Origin: an uncultured delta proteobacterium
Lineage (GTDB): Bacteria; Desulfobacterota; BSN033; UBA1163
DNA: 64,000 nucleotides
Reading direction: 5' to 3'
Assembly (NCBI GenBank): GCA_963708295.1
Contig: CAVPSJ010000020.1
Coordinates: 1 to 64,000, forward strand
The translations under genes were made by a program, and so were the position numbers. Below are positions 9,868 through 19,009 of this stretch, piece after piece. A model generated the notes under the pieces. It saw only the letters and a program-made list of their open reading frames with translations. It was not told the DNA's origin and searched no databases. Each line of letters opens with the position of its first letter. Position 1 is the stretch's first letter.

Positions 9868-10703
9868 CTAACCATAAAGATTGTCAATCCACCTCATCGC
9901 CTCAACGTCACTCACCGTCCCAAGATACCGTTGAGTCGTGGAAAGGTTTGCATGTCTTAGAATCACCTTGCTGACAATCTCAATCGGAACCCCTGAACGA
10001 GAAGCGTAAGTTGCAGCATGTCTCCGAAGATCATGGGGCCGCAAATGAATTCCAACCACCTTGCCTGCTTTGTTCACAACTCTCCTGCCTGCCGTGTAGG
10101 ATATGGGAAAGATCCGCTGATCGGACCCAAGTCCTTTCGCATTGATGTATTCCCTAAGACGGTCAGCTACCTTCTGCGGAATAAAGACAACCTCCCGTTC
10201 CTTACCACTCTTGGGGCTTCTAAGAGTGAGCTTTCTATCCTCGATATCATTTGGAGTTAATTGCAATACCTCGCTAATTCTCATCCCGCCCCGAGCCATC
10301 AATTCAAGCATCAACCGGTTCTTGGGTTTGATCGTACGAAAAATGACTTCATCCACTACTTCCTTTTCGAGAATGGTCCAGCGGGTAAGTCCAGGGGATC
10401 GATAGGACTTTTTCAGCATGGGGGTATCGCATGGGCTTCTGAAATTGGGATCAAGGTTTTGGGTGATGAAGTTGAAAAAAGAGGTCAGTTGGGAGTACCG
10501 AGTCCTTTTGGTTGCCTGTTTGGTGTCCTGATTGATTTGGGTGAGGAAAGAGAGGATTTCCTCTGGGGTTAGGGAGTTGAGGTCTCTTTCACCGAATTGG
10601 GTGGTCAGTTTGGAAAGGATCGACTGGTAGGTTTTGAGAGTGTTTTTTTTGAATGAAGCTTGTGATACTCCAGCCAACAATGGATACCTTGAGAGACTTT
10701 CAT
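9868..10703 (-). CDS. Tyrosine recombinase / site-specific integrase (indel in the A-run near 10647)
   Basis: Start MKVSQGIHCWLEYHK after SD AAGGAGG; GMRISE, HDLRRH, LRHANLSTTQRY (R-H-R-H-Y catalytic residues). Confidence 0.9.
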
Positions 10704-11230
10704 GGTGCACCTCCTTGGATGAATTTCCCTCAATGTTATCATTTGAGTATCAAATCTACAATTAATTCTTCGAAAAATTAGGGCTCTGTCTTGGCAAGAT
10801 ATATTCATCTTCAAGATGCTGGCATCCAATGGGACGTCCATAGCTTCCTCTCAACACATGGTTCTTGAATCTCATCTCACAATACAAGTTTTCCGAGTCG
10901 TAATTACCCCTTTCGCAGATAAATGCTGATAAATACAGTGTAGTTCCCGTAAAAATACCAGACTCACCCTATTTTCGCTTTCAAATGCCAGTAGTACCCT
11001 AAAGTCGTGGAACAATGAATTTCTAAGCAGTGAGAAGAACGATTTACATCACCAACCTCAAGGTTCAAACCCAACGAAAGGAGACGACGGGCGAGCTAAT
11101 CGTCGCGCTGCCGCAACTTCCGCTGTAAAGGAGGAGACCTAGGGAGAAAGGAGGTGGTAGAAGTAATCTTCAGAGGTAGGATTGAAGAATGGTGAGCGGG
11201 TCGTTTTTTCTAGATGGACTTACTAAATAA

Positions 11231-12572
11231 CTGAACTCTTGCACTTTTTCAGGCGCATAATTGTTCAAGGTAACTATCGAGAATATTTTGTTTAAATTGC
11301 ACTTTCATATTGTTCAGCGTCACAGTGATGTTTTCTAGCAAGATGTGTTTTCTCACATGAAACGCCAAGAGGCGTATCGAGAAATCGAAGGCATGGTCTT
11401 TGTCTCTAAGCCGCTGGAGGACCTTGAGGAGAATCAGAACAAAATAGCTCAGAAGGACTAAAGCGACATGGCGCTCAATGGCATAGAGGTCCCGAACCTG
11501 ATAATGTCCAAATCCGAGGCGTTGTTTGAGGTCTTTGATCATCTGCTCGATCTTCCACCGCTTGGCGTAGTACCTCACCACATCGATCGCAGGCAAATGA
11601 AGATTGGTACAGACCAGATAGATGGGTTTCTTACGTTTTTCTTTCACGACCACGACAGCGACTTTCCCGAGGTCCTTGATCTCCCCGACGAACCTGGCGA
11701 TGTGGAGCTTTTTGGTTTTTCCATAGACGAAAACAGAGACCTCCCGATAAGAAGAAGCGAGATCGTCAGCAGGGCTGTCACCTTTGTCTTCTTCCCATGA
11801 ATCCAGAGGACCGAATTGGATTTGAGTTGAGAGATCATATGATAGCCACACGCTCGACACACCCGGACCAAGGCTTTGGCCCAGTACCAACTGTCGGCCA
11901 AGACGTAGAGCCTACAAGGAACGGGGAGTCGAAGTCCCTTAAGAATCTTTTTGGCCAAAGCGATTTTCGTCTGAAAGGGACCACATCCTCTCGTGCCCTT
12001 GGGATGATAGAGTTTGGCCCAGAGGGGTAAGAGGAAGTCTTGATAAAGCAAGGCAGAGAGGACCCATTGATGGCCAAAGACATTGGCCATATTTTGAGCA
12101 TGATCTTTATGCCAGGCACACCCAGGGATTTTCTTGCCTGTCTTCTGGACCAGGGTGTCATCGATAATAAGGAACAGGACCGATTGGGCTTTGATTCGCA
12201 AGGTAGAGAAGAATTGATGCAGAGCGGTTTCGATAACCTCTTCCACTGCCCAGACGTTTTGCCCCAAGAACCGGGTGAAACTGGAGAGGGATCGATGAAA
12301 AAAGGAACCCGTAAGGGATTGAACCATCGAAGAGGTATGGACTTCTTTGCCCAACTGAATGAAGCCCATAATGAAGGAAGAGAACATTTTGAATGAAGGT
12401 CTTGAAAAAGCCTCTGAGAAAAAAGATAATATGAACTGGATATCTTGTTTAGCATTCGGTAATCCCATGGGCTGTCCTCCTTGTTTGGCCAATTTAAAAC
12501 TTGGCGGTTTTATTGGCCTATTATAGGATGACAGCCTTTTTTATGTAACCATCAAAAAGTGCAAGAGTTCAG
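11231..12572 (-). mobile_element. Complete IS701/IS4-like insertion sequence (about 1.34 kb)
   Basis: Perfect 19-bp terminal inverted repeats CTGAACTCTTGCACTTTTT (11231-49 and 12554-72), flanked by direct repeat TAAATAA (11224-30 and 12573-79). Confidence 0.9.
11249..12468 (-). CDS. DDE transposase (IS701-like), frameshift near 11760
   Basis: LIIDDT, LADSWY, YAKRWKIEQMIKDLKQRLG motifs. Confidence 0.88.
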
Positions 12573-12596
12573 TAAATAACAAAAGGAGGACTTACC

Positions 12597-12887
12597 ATGA
12601 AAAAGATATTTGTATCAGCCACAGTAGTTATTTCCACGATAGTCCTGGTGCTTTTCATCGGGGTAAACTTCCCACCAGCCGCAGAAAAAAAGATGGATAA
12701 GGATATGATGATGAAACAGGGTGATATGATGACGGATAAGGGCCAGATGATGATGGATAAGGGCAAAATGATGAAGGAAGGCATGATGGATAAGACCACG
12801 ATGATGAAAGAAGGCGAGATGATGATGAAAGAAGGCCAGATGATGATGGATAAGGGCAAGAAGATGAAAGAGGGCATGACGAAGTAG
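12597..12887 (+). CDS. Exported methionine-rich repeat protein
   Basis: SD AAGGAGG, hydrophobic signal peptide, 23 Met in the last 64 aa arranged as G-x-MMM-DK/KE heptads. Confidence 0.85.
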   Translation: MKKIFVSATVVISTIVLVLFIGVNFPPAAEKKMDKDMMMKQGDMMTDKGQMMMDKGKMMKEGMMDKTTMMKEGEMMMKEGQMMMDKGKKMKEGMTK

Positions 12888-12970
12888 TGTTTAACAATTC
12901 CAGCATTCGCTAACATCCCGCGCGCTGTCTGCGGTCGCCACTCGATTCCTTTGTTAGCCGCTTGTAAGTC

Positions 12971-13525
12971 ATGGGCGGGACAGAAATGGATTCCAAAGCG
13001 ATGGAGGAAAAAGCCCTCCGCTTCGAGGTCTGCCGCGATGAGAATTCACTTGAACTTGAGCGGATGGTTCTCGCTCTTTATCGAGAGGATTCTTATGGAG
13101 AAAAGATTTCCCGCCGAAAGATCCGGGCCACGATGGAGGAACTGTCGTTACGTCCGGAGAAAGGGGCAATTATCCTGTTTTGGATCGGTGGAGCCGTGGT
13201 AGGATATACCATCATCATCTACTATTGGAGCAATGAATATGGCGGTGACATTGCTTGTATTGATGAGTTTTATGTCAAACACACATGGCGAAGAAAAGGG
13301 ATTGGCACATCTTTTATCGATCATATTGTCACCGTGAAAGCCGGAGGGTTGAAAGGTCTTCAGGTGGAGATCACTCCTGCAAATGGAAAGGCACTTGCTT
13401 TTTACTCACAGGAAGGTTTTTCATCCGTGAAGAATCGGCGTTTATTTAAGAAATTGTACGCGAGGCCGGCTGGAGTGAGTGATATTTTCGAATCGAATGA
13501 ATCGGGTTTCTATAACCCATCATGA
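12971..13525 (+). CDS. GNAT-family N-acetyltransferase
   Basis: IDEFYV..WRRKGIGT acetyl-CoA motif, N..ALAFY...GF. Confidence 0.85.
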   Translation: MGGTEMDSKAMEEKALRFEVCRDENSLELERMVLALYREDSYGEKISRRKIRATMEELSLRPEKGAIILFWIGGAVVGYTIIIYYWSNEYGGDIACIDEFYVKHTWRRKGIGTSFIDHIVTVKAGGLKGLQVEITPANGKALAFYSQEGFSSVKNRRLFKKLYARPAGVSDIFESNESGFYNPS

Positions 13526-13559
13526 TTGGCTAAGACTCATAACAAAGAGGTGACCGTCT

Positions 13560-14633
13560 ATGAAAAAAGGATTAACCAGAAGGGATTTTTTCAGAAGGAT
13601 TGGGATAGGAACACTGGGGTTGGGCTTCGGTGTTTCTATTTTTGACGGGATCTATCAGTACGCCGATGCATTGACCGAAGAGGAGGCCCATACCCTTCTC
13701 ATGAAGGGAACGGTCAATTTTATGGGGTTTATGGCAAAGGAGATTACACCGAACAATGAATTCTATATCACAACGTACTCCTCGAAGGTCCCTACGATCA
13801 ATGCGAATACGTTTACATTGAGGATAGAGGGCCTTGTCGAAAAACCCTATACGCTTACCATGAAAGAACTTCAAGAGATGAAGGACAAAAGGGAGTTTGT
13901 CACCCTCCAGTGTATCGGCAATCCGGTGGGAGGAGATTCAATCGGAAATGCTCTCTGGGAAGGGGTAACACTTAGAAAGATCATAGAGAAAGCCGTGCCA
14001 AAAAGTGGTCTGGTGAAAACCGTCTTTTATGCAGAGGATGGTTACACGGACAGCATCCCTTACTCTCTTTCGCTTTCAGATGACGTATTCCTGGCATTCA
14101 AGATGAATGGAGAGGATCTCCCAAAGGTCCATGGCTATCCGCTCAGAGCCATTGTCCCCGGTATTTATGGAATGAAAAATGTCAAATGGCTCTCAAAGAT
14201 AGAGCTTGTCAATTTTGACTTTAAAGGATACTGGGAGAAGAAGGGATGGTCGGATGAAGCGATCATTCCGGTTAAATCTCAGATTCTGATGCCCATGGAA
14301 GGCAAGAAGATACCACTTGGCAATTATGTCATAGGCGGCATTGCCTATGGCGGAAGATACGGAATCAGTAAAGTTCAGATATCCATGGATGGAGGGGAGA
14401 GCTGGCAGGATGCTGACATGAAGAAACCTCTCTCAAAGTGGGCATGGGCATTGTGGAGTTATCAATGGAAGCCCGCAAAAGAGGATAAGTATACGATCAA
14501 AGTGCGAGGATTCGATCGATCGGGAAAAGTACAGGAGTCAGAGGCACTGAAAGGAAGCCTCTTTAGAAGTCGTGCTTTTCCCGATGGCGCCAAAGGAATT
14601 CATTCGGTGAATGTGACAGTGCATAAGACATAA
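13560..14633 (+). CDS. Tat-exported sulfite-oxidase-family molybdoenzyme with C-terminal dimerisation domain
   Basis: TRRDFF Tat motif, TLQCIGN Mo-ligand Cys, HGYPLRAIVPGIYGMKNVKW, GYWEKKGW. Confidence 0.9.
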   Translation: MKKGLTRRDFFRRIGIGTLGLGFGVSIFDGIYQYADALTEEEAHTLLMKGTVNFMGFMAKEITPNNEFYITTYSSKVPTINANTFTLRIEGLVEKPYTLTMKELQEMKDKREFVTLQCIGNPVGGDSIGNALWEGVTLRKIIEKAVPKSGLVKTVFYAEDGYTDSIPYSLSLSDDVFLAFKMNGEDLPKVHGYPLRAIVPGIYGMKNVKWLSKIELVNFDFKGYWEKKGWSDEAIIPVKSQILMPMEGKKIPLGNYVIGGIAYGGRYGISKVQISMDGGESWQDADMKKPLSKWAWALWSYQWKPAKEDKYTIKVRGFDRSGKVQESEALKGSLFRSRAFPDGAKGIHSVNVTVHKT

Positions 14634-14657
14634 GGACATCCTATGAATGACAAGATC

Positions 14658-14956
14658 ATGAGTCATCGAATCATAATCTTTGACCTTTTGGATTCTGATT
14701 ATCTCTGTTCGTATTTTCAGGGCATGAGGCTTTTTGCCCAGAAAGATTGAAGAATCCAAAGTAATCTTTCTTGTGAGGTGATATGACGTTGGCAAAGAAG
14801 CCCTGGAGGGGCTGAAAGGGGTGAAGAGAGTCGAAAGAGGCTTTCGTAACTCGAAGGAAATAAACACCGTGTATTATGATCCTGAGCCTGATAACGATTG
14901 AAGAAATGGAGATAGCCCTGAAGAAGGCTGGAACTTATCTGGGAATATTAAAATAA
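14658..14956 (+). CDS. Small exported MsrA/HMA-like protein with in-frame Sec (VIFLVR-U-YDVG); indels in the N-terminus and near 14885
   Basis: Absent from the ORF track. Reads KIEESKVIFLVR-TGA(14779-81)-YDVGKEALEGLKGVKRVERGFRNSKEINTVYYDP, then after a shift LITIEEMEIALKKAGTYLGILK*; hairpin AGCCC-TGGAG-GGGCT at 14799-14813. Confidence 0.62.
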
Positions 14957-14989
14957 CCAGAGATACGGGAGAAAAACTTTTTCACCTAT

Positions 14990-17671
14990 ATGAATGCTGA
15001 ACGTAAGCGTCTGGATGCTCAGAGAAAAGGGACAGAAAACTGGAGGCTCTGGGGCCCTTATTTGGCAGAGCGCGCGTGGGGGACTGTCAGGGAGGATTAT
15101 AGCCCGGATGGGGCTGTCTGGGAATGCTTCGGCCATGATCAGGCCCGTTCTCGCACTTACCGGTGGAACGAAGATGGCCTGGGAGGGATCTGCGATGAGA
15201 AACAACGCCTCTGTTTCGCTTTATCGCTTTGGAACGGCTGTGACCCGATCCTAAAGGAGCGTGCCTTTGGCCTGACCGGGAACCAGGGAAATCACGGTGA
15301 AGATGTCAAAGAGTACTACTTCTATTTGGATGCTACGCCCAGCCATAGCTACCTTCATTATCTCTACAAGTACCCGCAAAGAGAGTACCCCTATGCTCTC
15401 CTGGTTGATGAAAACAGGCGGCGCACCCGACGGGACCCAACCTTTAACCTCATGGACACTGGAGTATTCGCTAATGACAGATACTGGGATGTCCACGTCG
15501 TCTATGCCAAGGGCGAACCGAGGGGAATATGGATACGGATTACGGCACATAACCCGGGGCCGGAAGTTGCTACGCTTCATATCCTTCCCACGCTCTGGTT
15601 CAGGAATACTTGGGCGTGGGGAGAAAAGGCTCGAAAGCCCCGGCTCTTCGCGGCCGAGCCAAACACCGGGGCAGCATGGTCCGTCTGGGCCGAACATCCC
15701 GAGCTCGGCATCTATCATCTCCATGGGTCCCAGCCATCCCAGCTCCTTTTCACTGAAAACGAGAGCAATTCGGGGCGGCTCTGGGGTGTTCCTAATCCCG
15801 GACCCTTTGTGAAGGATGCCTTCCACCGATACGTGGTGGACAACGAAGAGGCGGCCGTCAACCCCAAGAAAGTAGGCACCAAGTGTGCGGCTTGGTACAA
15901 GATTGACGTGGATTCCAAGTCTTCGGCCAATATCGACCTTGTCTTGAGGTTCCATGACCCGAAAGAGCACTATAAGGGCGTTCTATTTACTTCCCCCAGG
16001 GATGTCTTCAAGGACTTTGAAGAAGTGCTTCGAGACCGGCAATCGGAATCCGACGAATTTTACGACGAGATCCTTCCCGGCGCTTCAAAGGAGGACGCGG
16101 CCATTTTTCGCCAGTCCCTTTCTGGGCTTATCTGGAGCAAGCAGTTCTACGATTACGATGTCGGACGCTGGTTGGACGGTGACACAATCCAACCCCCTGA
16201 AAAACGTCGGTGGGGTAGAAACCATCGCTGGAGACATCTCAACGCTGCGGACGTGATCCTCATGCCTGACACCTGGGAATATCCGTGGTTTGCAGCCTGG
16301 GACCTGGCCTTTCACTCTGTGGCCATGGCCCTCATCGATGTCGATTTTGCCAAGGAGCAAATCGAGATTCTTCTCGCTGAAAACTACATCCATCCCAATG
16401 GTCAGATCCCTGCCTGCGAATGGTCCTTCGAAGAGGTAAATCCACCGGTCCATGCCTGGGCTGCCCTGGAATGCTTCCGCACGGAGTCTGCCCAGCGAGG
16501 CGAGGGAGACTTGGAGTTCTTAAGACGAGTTTTCAACAAGCTCCTTCTCAACTACGGCTGGTGGCTCAACCGGAAGGACCCAGACAATCGAAGCGTTTTT
16601 GAGGGCGGGTCTATGGGACTTGACAACATTTCGGTCTACAACCGTTCTCAGCCCCTGCCTCACGGATATAGTCTCAAACAGGCGGACACCAGCGGGTGGA
16701 TGGCTATGTTCGCTTTGAACCTCACTGTCATGGCCATTGAACTGGCACAGAAACATCCTGAATACGAGGAAATGGCCATCCAAATCCATAAGCAATTCTT
16801 TGCGATAGCCAACGCGATACATGGTCATACAGAAACCGGCATTTCCTTGTGGGACCCTCATGACGAATTCTTCAAAGATGCCTTGGATAGCCCCTATGGT
16901 CTGTTTCAACTCCCGGTCTATTCCTGGGTAGGCCTCATACCGATCTTCGGCATTGAGATCGTCGGTCCCGAGAAATTCGAAAAGCTGCCCCGGTATGCGG
17001 CCTTTCTCAAGAGTCATGTCGGGGGCAAGTATGACGGAAATGAGGTGTGTGCATGCCCCCATACAGTGAATGTGCGAGGAGAACACCTCTTTTCCCTAAC
17101 GTTTCTGGCGAATCTCCCATCCATTATGCAACGGGTGCTTAACTCGGAAGAGTTCCTATCCCCTTTTGGAGTCCGCGCCCTGAGCAAAACCCACGCATCG
17201 AAGCGAGACCTGGGGGATGTACCGGGGCTTGGATCGACTTTCATCGCATACGAGCCAGGGGAATCCGAGTCGGGGCTTTTCGGGGGCAATTCCAACTGGC
17301 GGGGTCCTGTGTGGTTTCCGCTCAACTTCGTCTTTGTCCAGGCGTTGGAAAAACTTCACCGTTACCTTACTAAAAGCTTTACTGTACCTGCACCACCTCT
17401 CGGCGGCGGACGGATTACGTTTGAACAGGCAGCGGAATTGATTTCGGAGCGACTGGTTAACATTTTCCGCCGGAACAACAACGGTTTGCGGCCTGTCTTT
17501 TCTGCGGACAGCCCGTTCCAAACAGACCCTCATTGGAAAGATCTTTTCCTTTTCTACGAGTATTTTCACGGAGAGACGGGCCAGGGAATGGGGGCCAGCC
17601 ATCAGACCGGGTGGACGGCACTTGCGGCGAACTTGTTGAAGAGACGTCATGAATTGACAAGTTCTTCTTAA
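14990..17671 (+). CDS. MGH1-like glycoside hydrolase (GH63)
   Basis: WGPYLAERAWGTVREDYS, MPDTWEYPWFAAWDLAFH, GGNSNWRGPVWFP, GASHQTGWT. Confidence 0.92.
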   Translation: MNAERKRLDAQRKGTENWRLWGPYLAERAWGTVREDYSPDGAVWECFGHDQARSRTYRWNEDGLGGICDEKQRLCFALSLWNGCDPILKERAFGLTGNQGNHGEDVKEYYFYLDATPSHSYLHYLYKYPQREYPYALLVDENRRRTRRDPTFNLMDTGVFANDRYWDVHVVYAKGEPRGIWIRITAHNPGPEVATLHILPTLWFRNTWAWGEKARKPRLFAAEPNTGAAWSVWAEHPELGIYHLHGSQPSQLLFTENESNSGRLWGVPNPGPFVKDAFHRYVVDNEEAAVNPKKVGTKCAAWYKIDVDSKSSANIDLVLRFHDPKEHYKGVLFTSPRDVFKDFEEVLRDRQSESDEFYDEILPGASKEDAAIFRQSLSGLIWSKQFYDYDVGRWLDGDTIQPPEKRRWGRNHRWRHLNAADVILMPDTWEYPWFAAWDLAFHSVAMALIDVDFAKEQIEILLAENYIHPNGQIPACEWSFEEVNPPVHAWAALECFRTESAQRGEGDLEFLRRVFNKLLLNYGWWLNRKDPDNRSVFEGGSMGLDNISVYNRSQPLPHGYSLKQADTSGWMAMFALNLTVMAIELAQKHPEYEEMAIQIHKQFFAIANAIHGHTETGISLWDPHDEFFKDALDSPYGLFQLPVYSWVGLIPIFGIEIVGPEKFEKLPRYAAFLKSHVGGKYDGNEVCACPHTVNVRGEHLFSLTFLANLPSIMQRVLNSEEFLSPFGVRALSKTHASKRDLGDVPGLGSTFIAYEPGESESGLFGGNSNWRGPVWFPLNFVFVQALEKLHRYLTKSFTVPAPPLGGGRITFEQAAELISERLVNIFRRNNNGLRPVFSADSPFQTDPHWKDLFLFYEYFHGETGQGMGASHQTGWTALAANLLKRRHELTSSS

Positions 17672-17727
17672 AACTTCAGAATTCAATATGGCCGCCGACA
17701 GCGACACTGTGCAATAGTATTCATTTC

Positions 17728-17847
17728 CAAAAGATAGCTGATGACCTTGGAACAGCAAGAGAAGGTGTCAGTCGTTTGTTGAAAGAATTCGAGAGAAAAG
17801 GAATCCTTCGGCTATCAAGAAATCTTATCGAGTTGACCCGCTTTTGA
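17728..17847 (+). pseudogene. C-terminal HTH remnant of a Crp/Fnr regulator
   Basis: QKIADDLGTAREGVSRLLKEFERKGILRLSRNLIELTRF* with no upstream part. Confidence 0.75.
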
Positions 17848-17862
17848 TTCCTCCTCCCCGAC

Positions 17863-17899
17863 TGTGACTAAATCACATCTCCAAGGTAATAACGTCACT
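17863..17899 (+). promoter_or_regulatory. Tandem Crp/Fnr-type operator boxes
   Basis: TGTGACTAAATCACA and degenerate GGTAATAACGTCACT, 22 bp apart, immediately after the Crp remnant. Confidence 0.5.
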
Positions 17900-18013
17900 T
17901 GAAATCTCATAGGGACAATAGCTATATTAATTACAAAGAGAGCCGGACCTGAAATCTCTCACCTGGCCGTTTCATTAGACGGTTTGACAGTGATGTAGAG
18001 AAGAAAGGAGAGG

Positions 18014-18424
18014 ATGACGATGGCACAATCAGCGGAAGTGAACACCGATGCCACAGGCTTCGTGATTCGTGGCTACGATCCGGTAGCATACTTTACGGAG
18101 GGACGCCCAGTTCCAGGCCGTTCCGATTTATCGGTGGAATACAAAGGTGGAAACTATCTTTTCGCCACGGCTGCAAACCGTGATGCGTTCAAAGCGAATC
18201 CAGAGAAATACGCGCCTCGATATGGGGGATACTGCGCATACGGAGTCGCCGTTGGAAAGAAGTTCGACATTGATGCCGCATCCTGGCGCATTGTGGATGG
18301 AAAGCTCTATTTCAACTTGAATCCTGTGATTCTTGAGAAATGGAGTGCGGAGGCAAACGAATACATTCGCAAGTCCGAAGAGAACTGGCCAAAGATCCGT
18401 GCGAAGGCTCTGTCAGAGTTATGA
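18014..18424 (+). CDS. YHS-domain protein
   Basis: GYDPVAYF, YLFATAANRDAF..NPEKYAPRYGGYCAYG, IVDGKLY. Confidence 0.9.
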   Translation: MTMAQSAEVNTDATGFVIRGYDPVAYFTEGRPVPGRSDLSVEYKGGNYLFATAANRDAFKANPEKYAPRYGGYCAYGVAVGKKFDIDAASWRIVDGKLYFNLNPVILEKWSAEANEYIRKSEENWPKIRAKALSEL

Positions 18425-18707
18425 AAGCTTATAGGCGGGACGATAGGTCAGTAGGGGCGTGTCGAAAGTAAACCGGGTGACTAAATAATTGCCTAACAAG
18501 CCGCGACGGGTGAACATGGAAAGGGTCGGAAGAAAGATGCGGACTCGTGCAAGAGACCGAGCTCAATTGGGTTAAACGAATTGCAACTGCATCACAACGC
18601 TCCTCTGCGGGAGAGGGAACACCTGAAAGTCGCCTGCCGCCAAGTGTTTTCGTGTTCCCCCAGACGGAACACATATGTGCTATAGTTTAAACAAGAAGGA
18701 GTGAGCG

Positions 18708-18791
18708 ATGAGAGTTAAGAAATGGCTAACGGCTTCCGTGATGATTTTGTTCGCCTTGATCATTGCGATCACCGGAGTTTGTGGCTGGTAG
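18708..18791 (+). pseudogene. Orphan signal-peptide fragment of a truncated exported protein
   Basis: SD AAGGAG then MRVKKWLTASVMILFALIIAITGVCGW*. Confidence 0.35.
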
Positions 18792-19009
18792 AATAATCGT
18801 TCAGGGTTTAACAGTTGCATTTTCGTATAATCACGGCAATAGATATAAATTTCTTGTTTATTCTTTCCTTCCGAAATTGCCAATCAATAGACTTCTTAAG
18901 CGATCATTTTTCTGCTCTTCGTGAAACCAACATCCTTAAAAAGTGCATATATTTGCTATATATCGACTGCTTTCGGCATCCTTCAAAAAGCTATGATTTG
19001 ATCGAGAAA

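Noticed and set aside
11055-11210. Possible c-di-GMP riboswitch or small ORF in the purine-rich stretch left of the IS
   Set aside because: Only a partial resemblance (CAAACC..GAAAG); the GACGCAAAGC core is missing and the SD-like motifs lack a convincing ORF.
10640-11780. Programmed frameshifting in the integrase (A-run near 10647) or the transposase (near 11760)
   Set aside because: Both families are normally single ORFs, and the window-wide indel rate explains the breaks.
18014-18424. YHS protein as a selenoprotein
   Set aside because: Some family members use Sec, but this copy has Cys (GGYCAYG) and no in-frame TGA.
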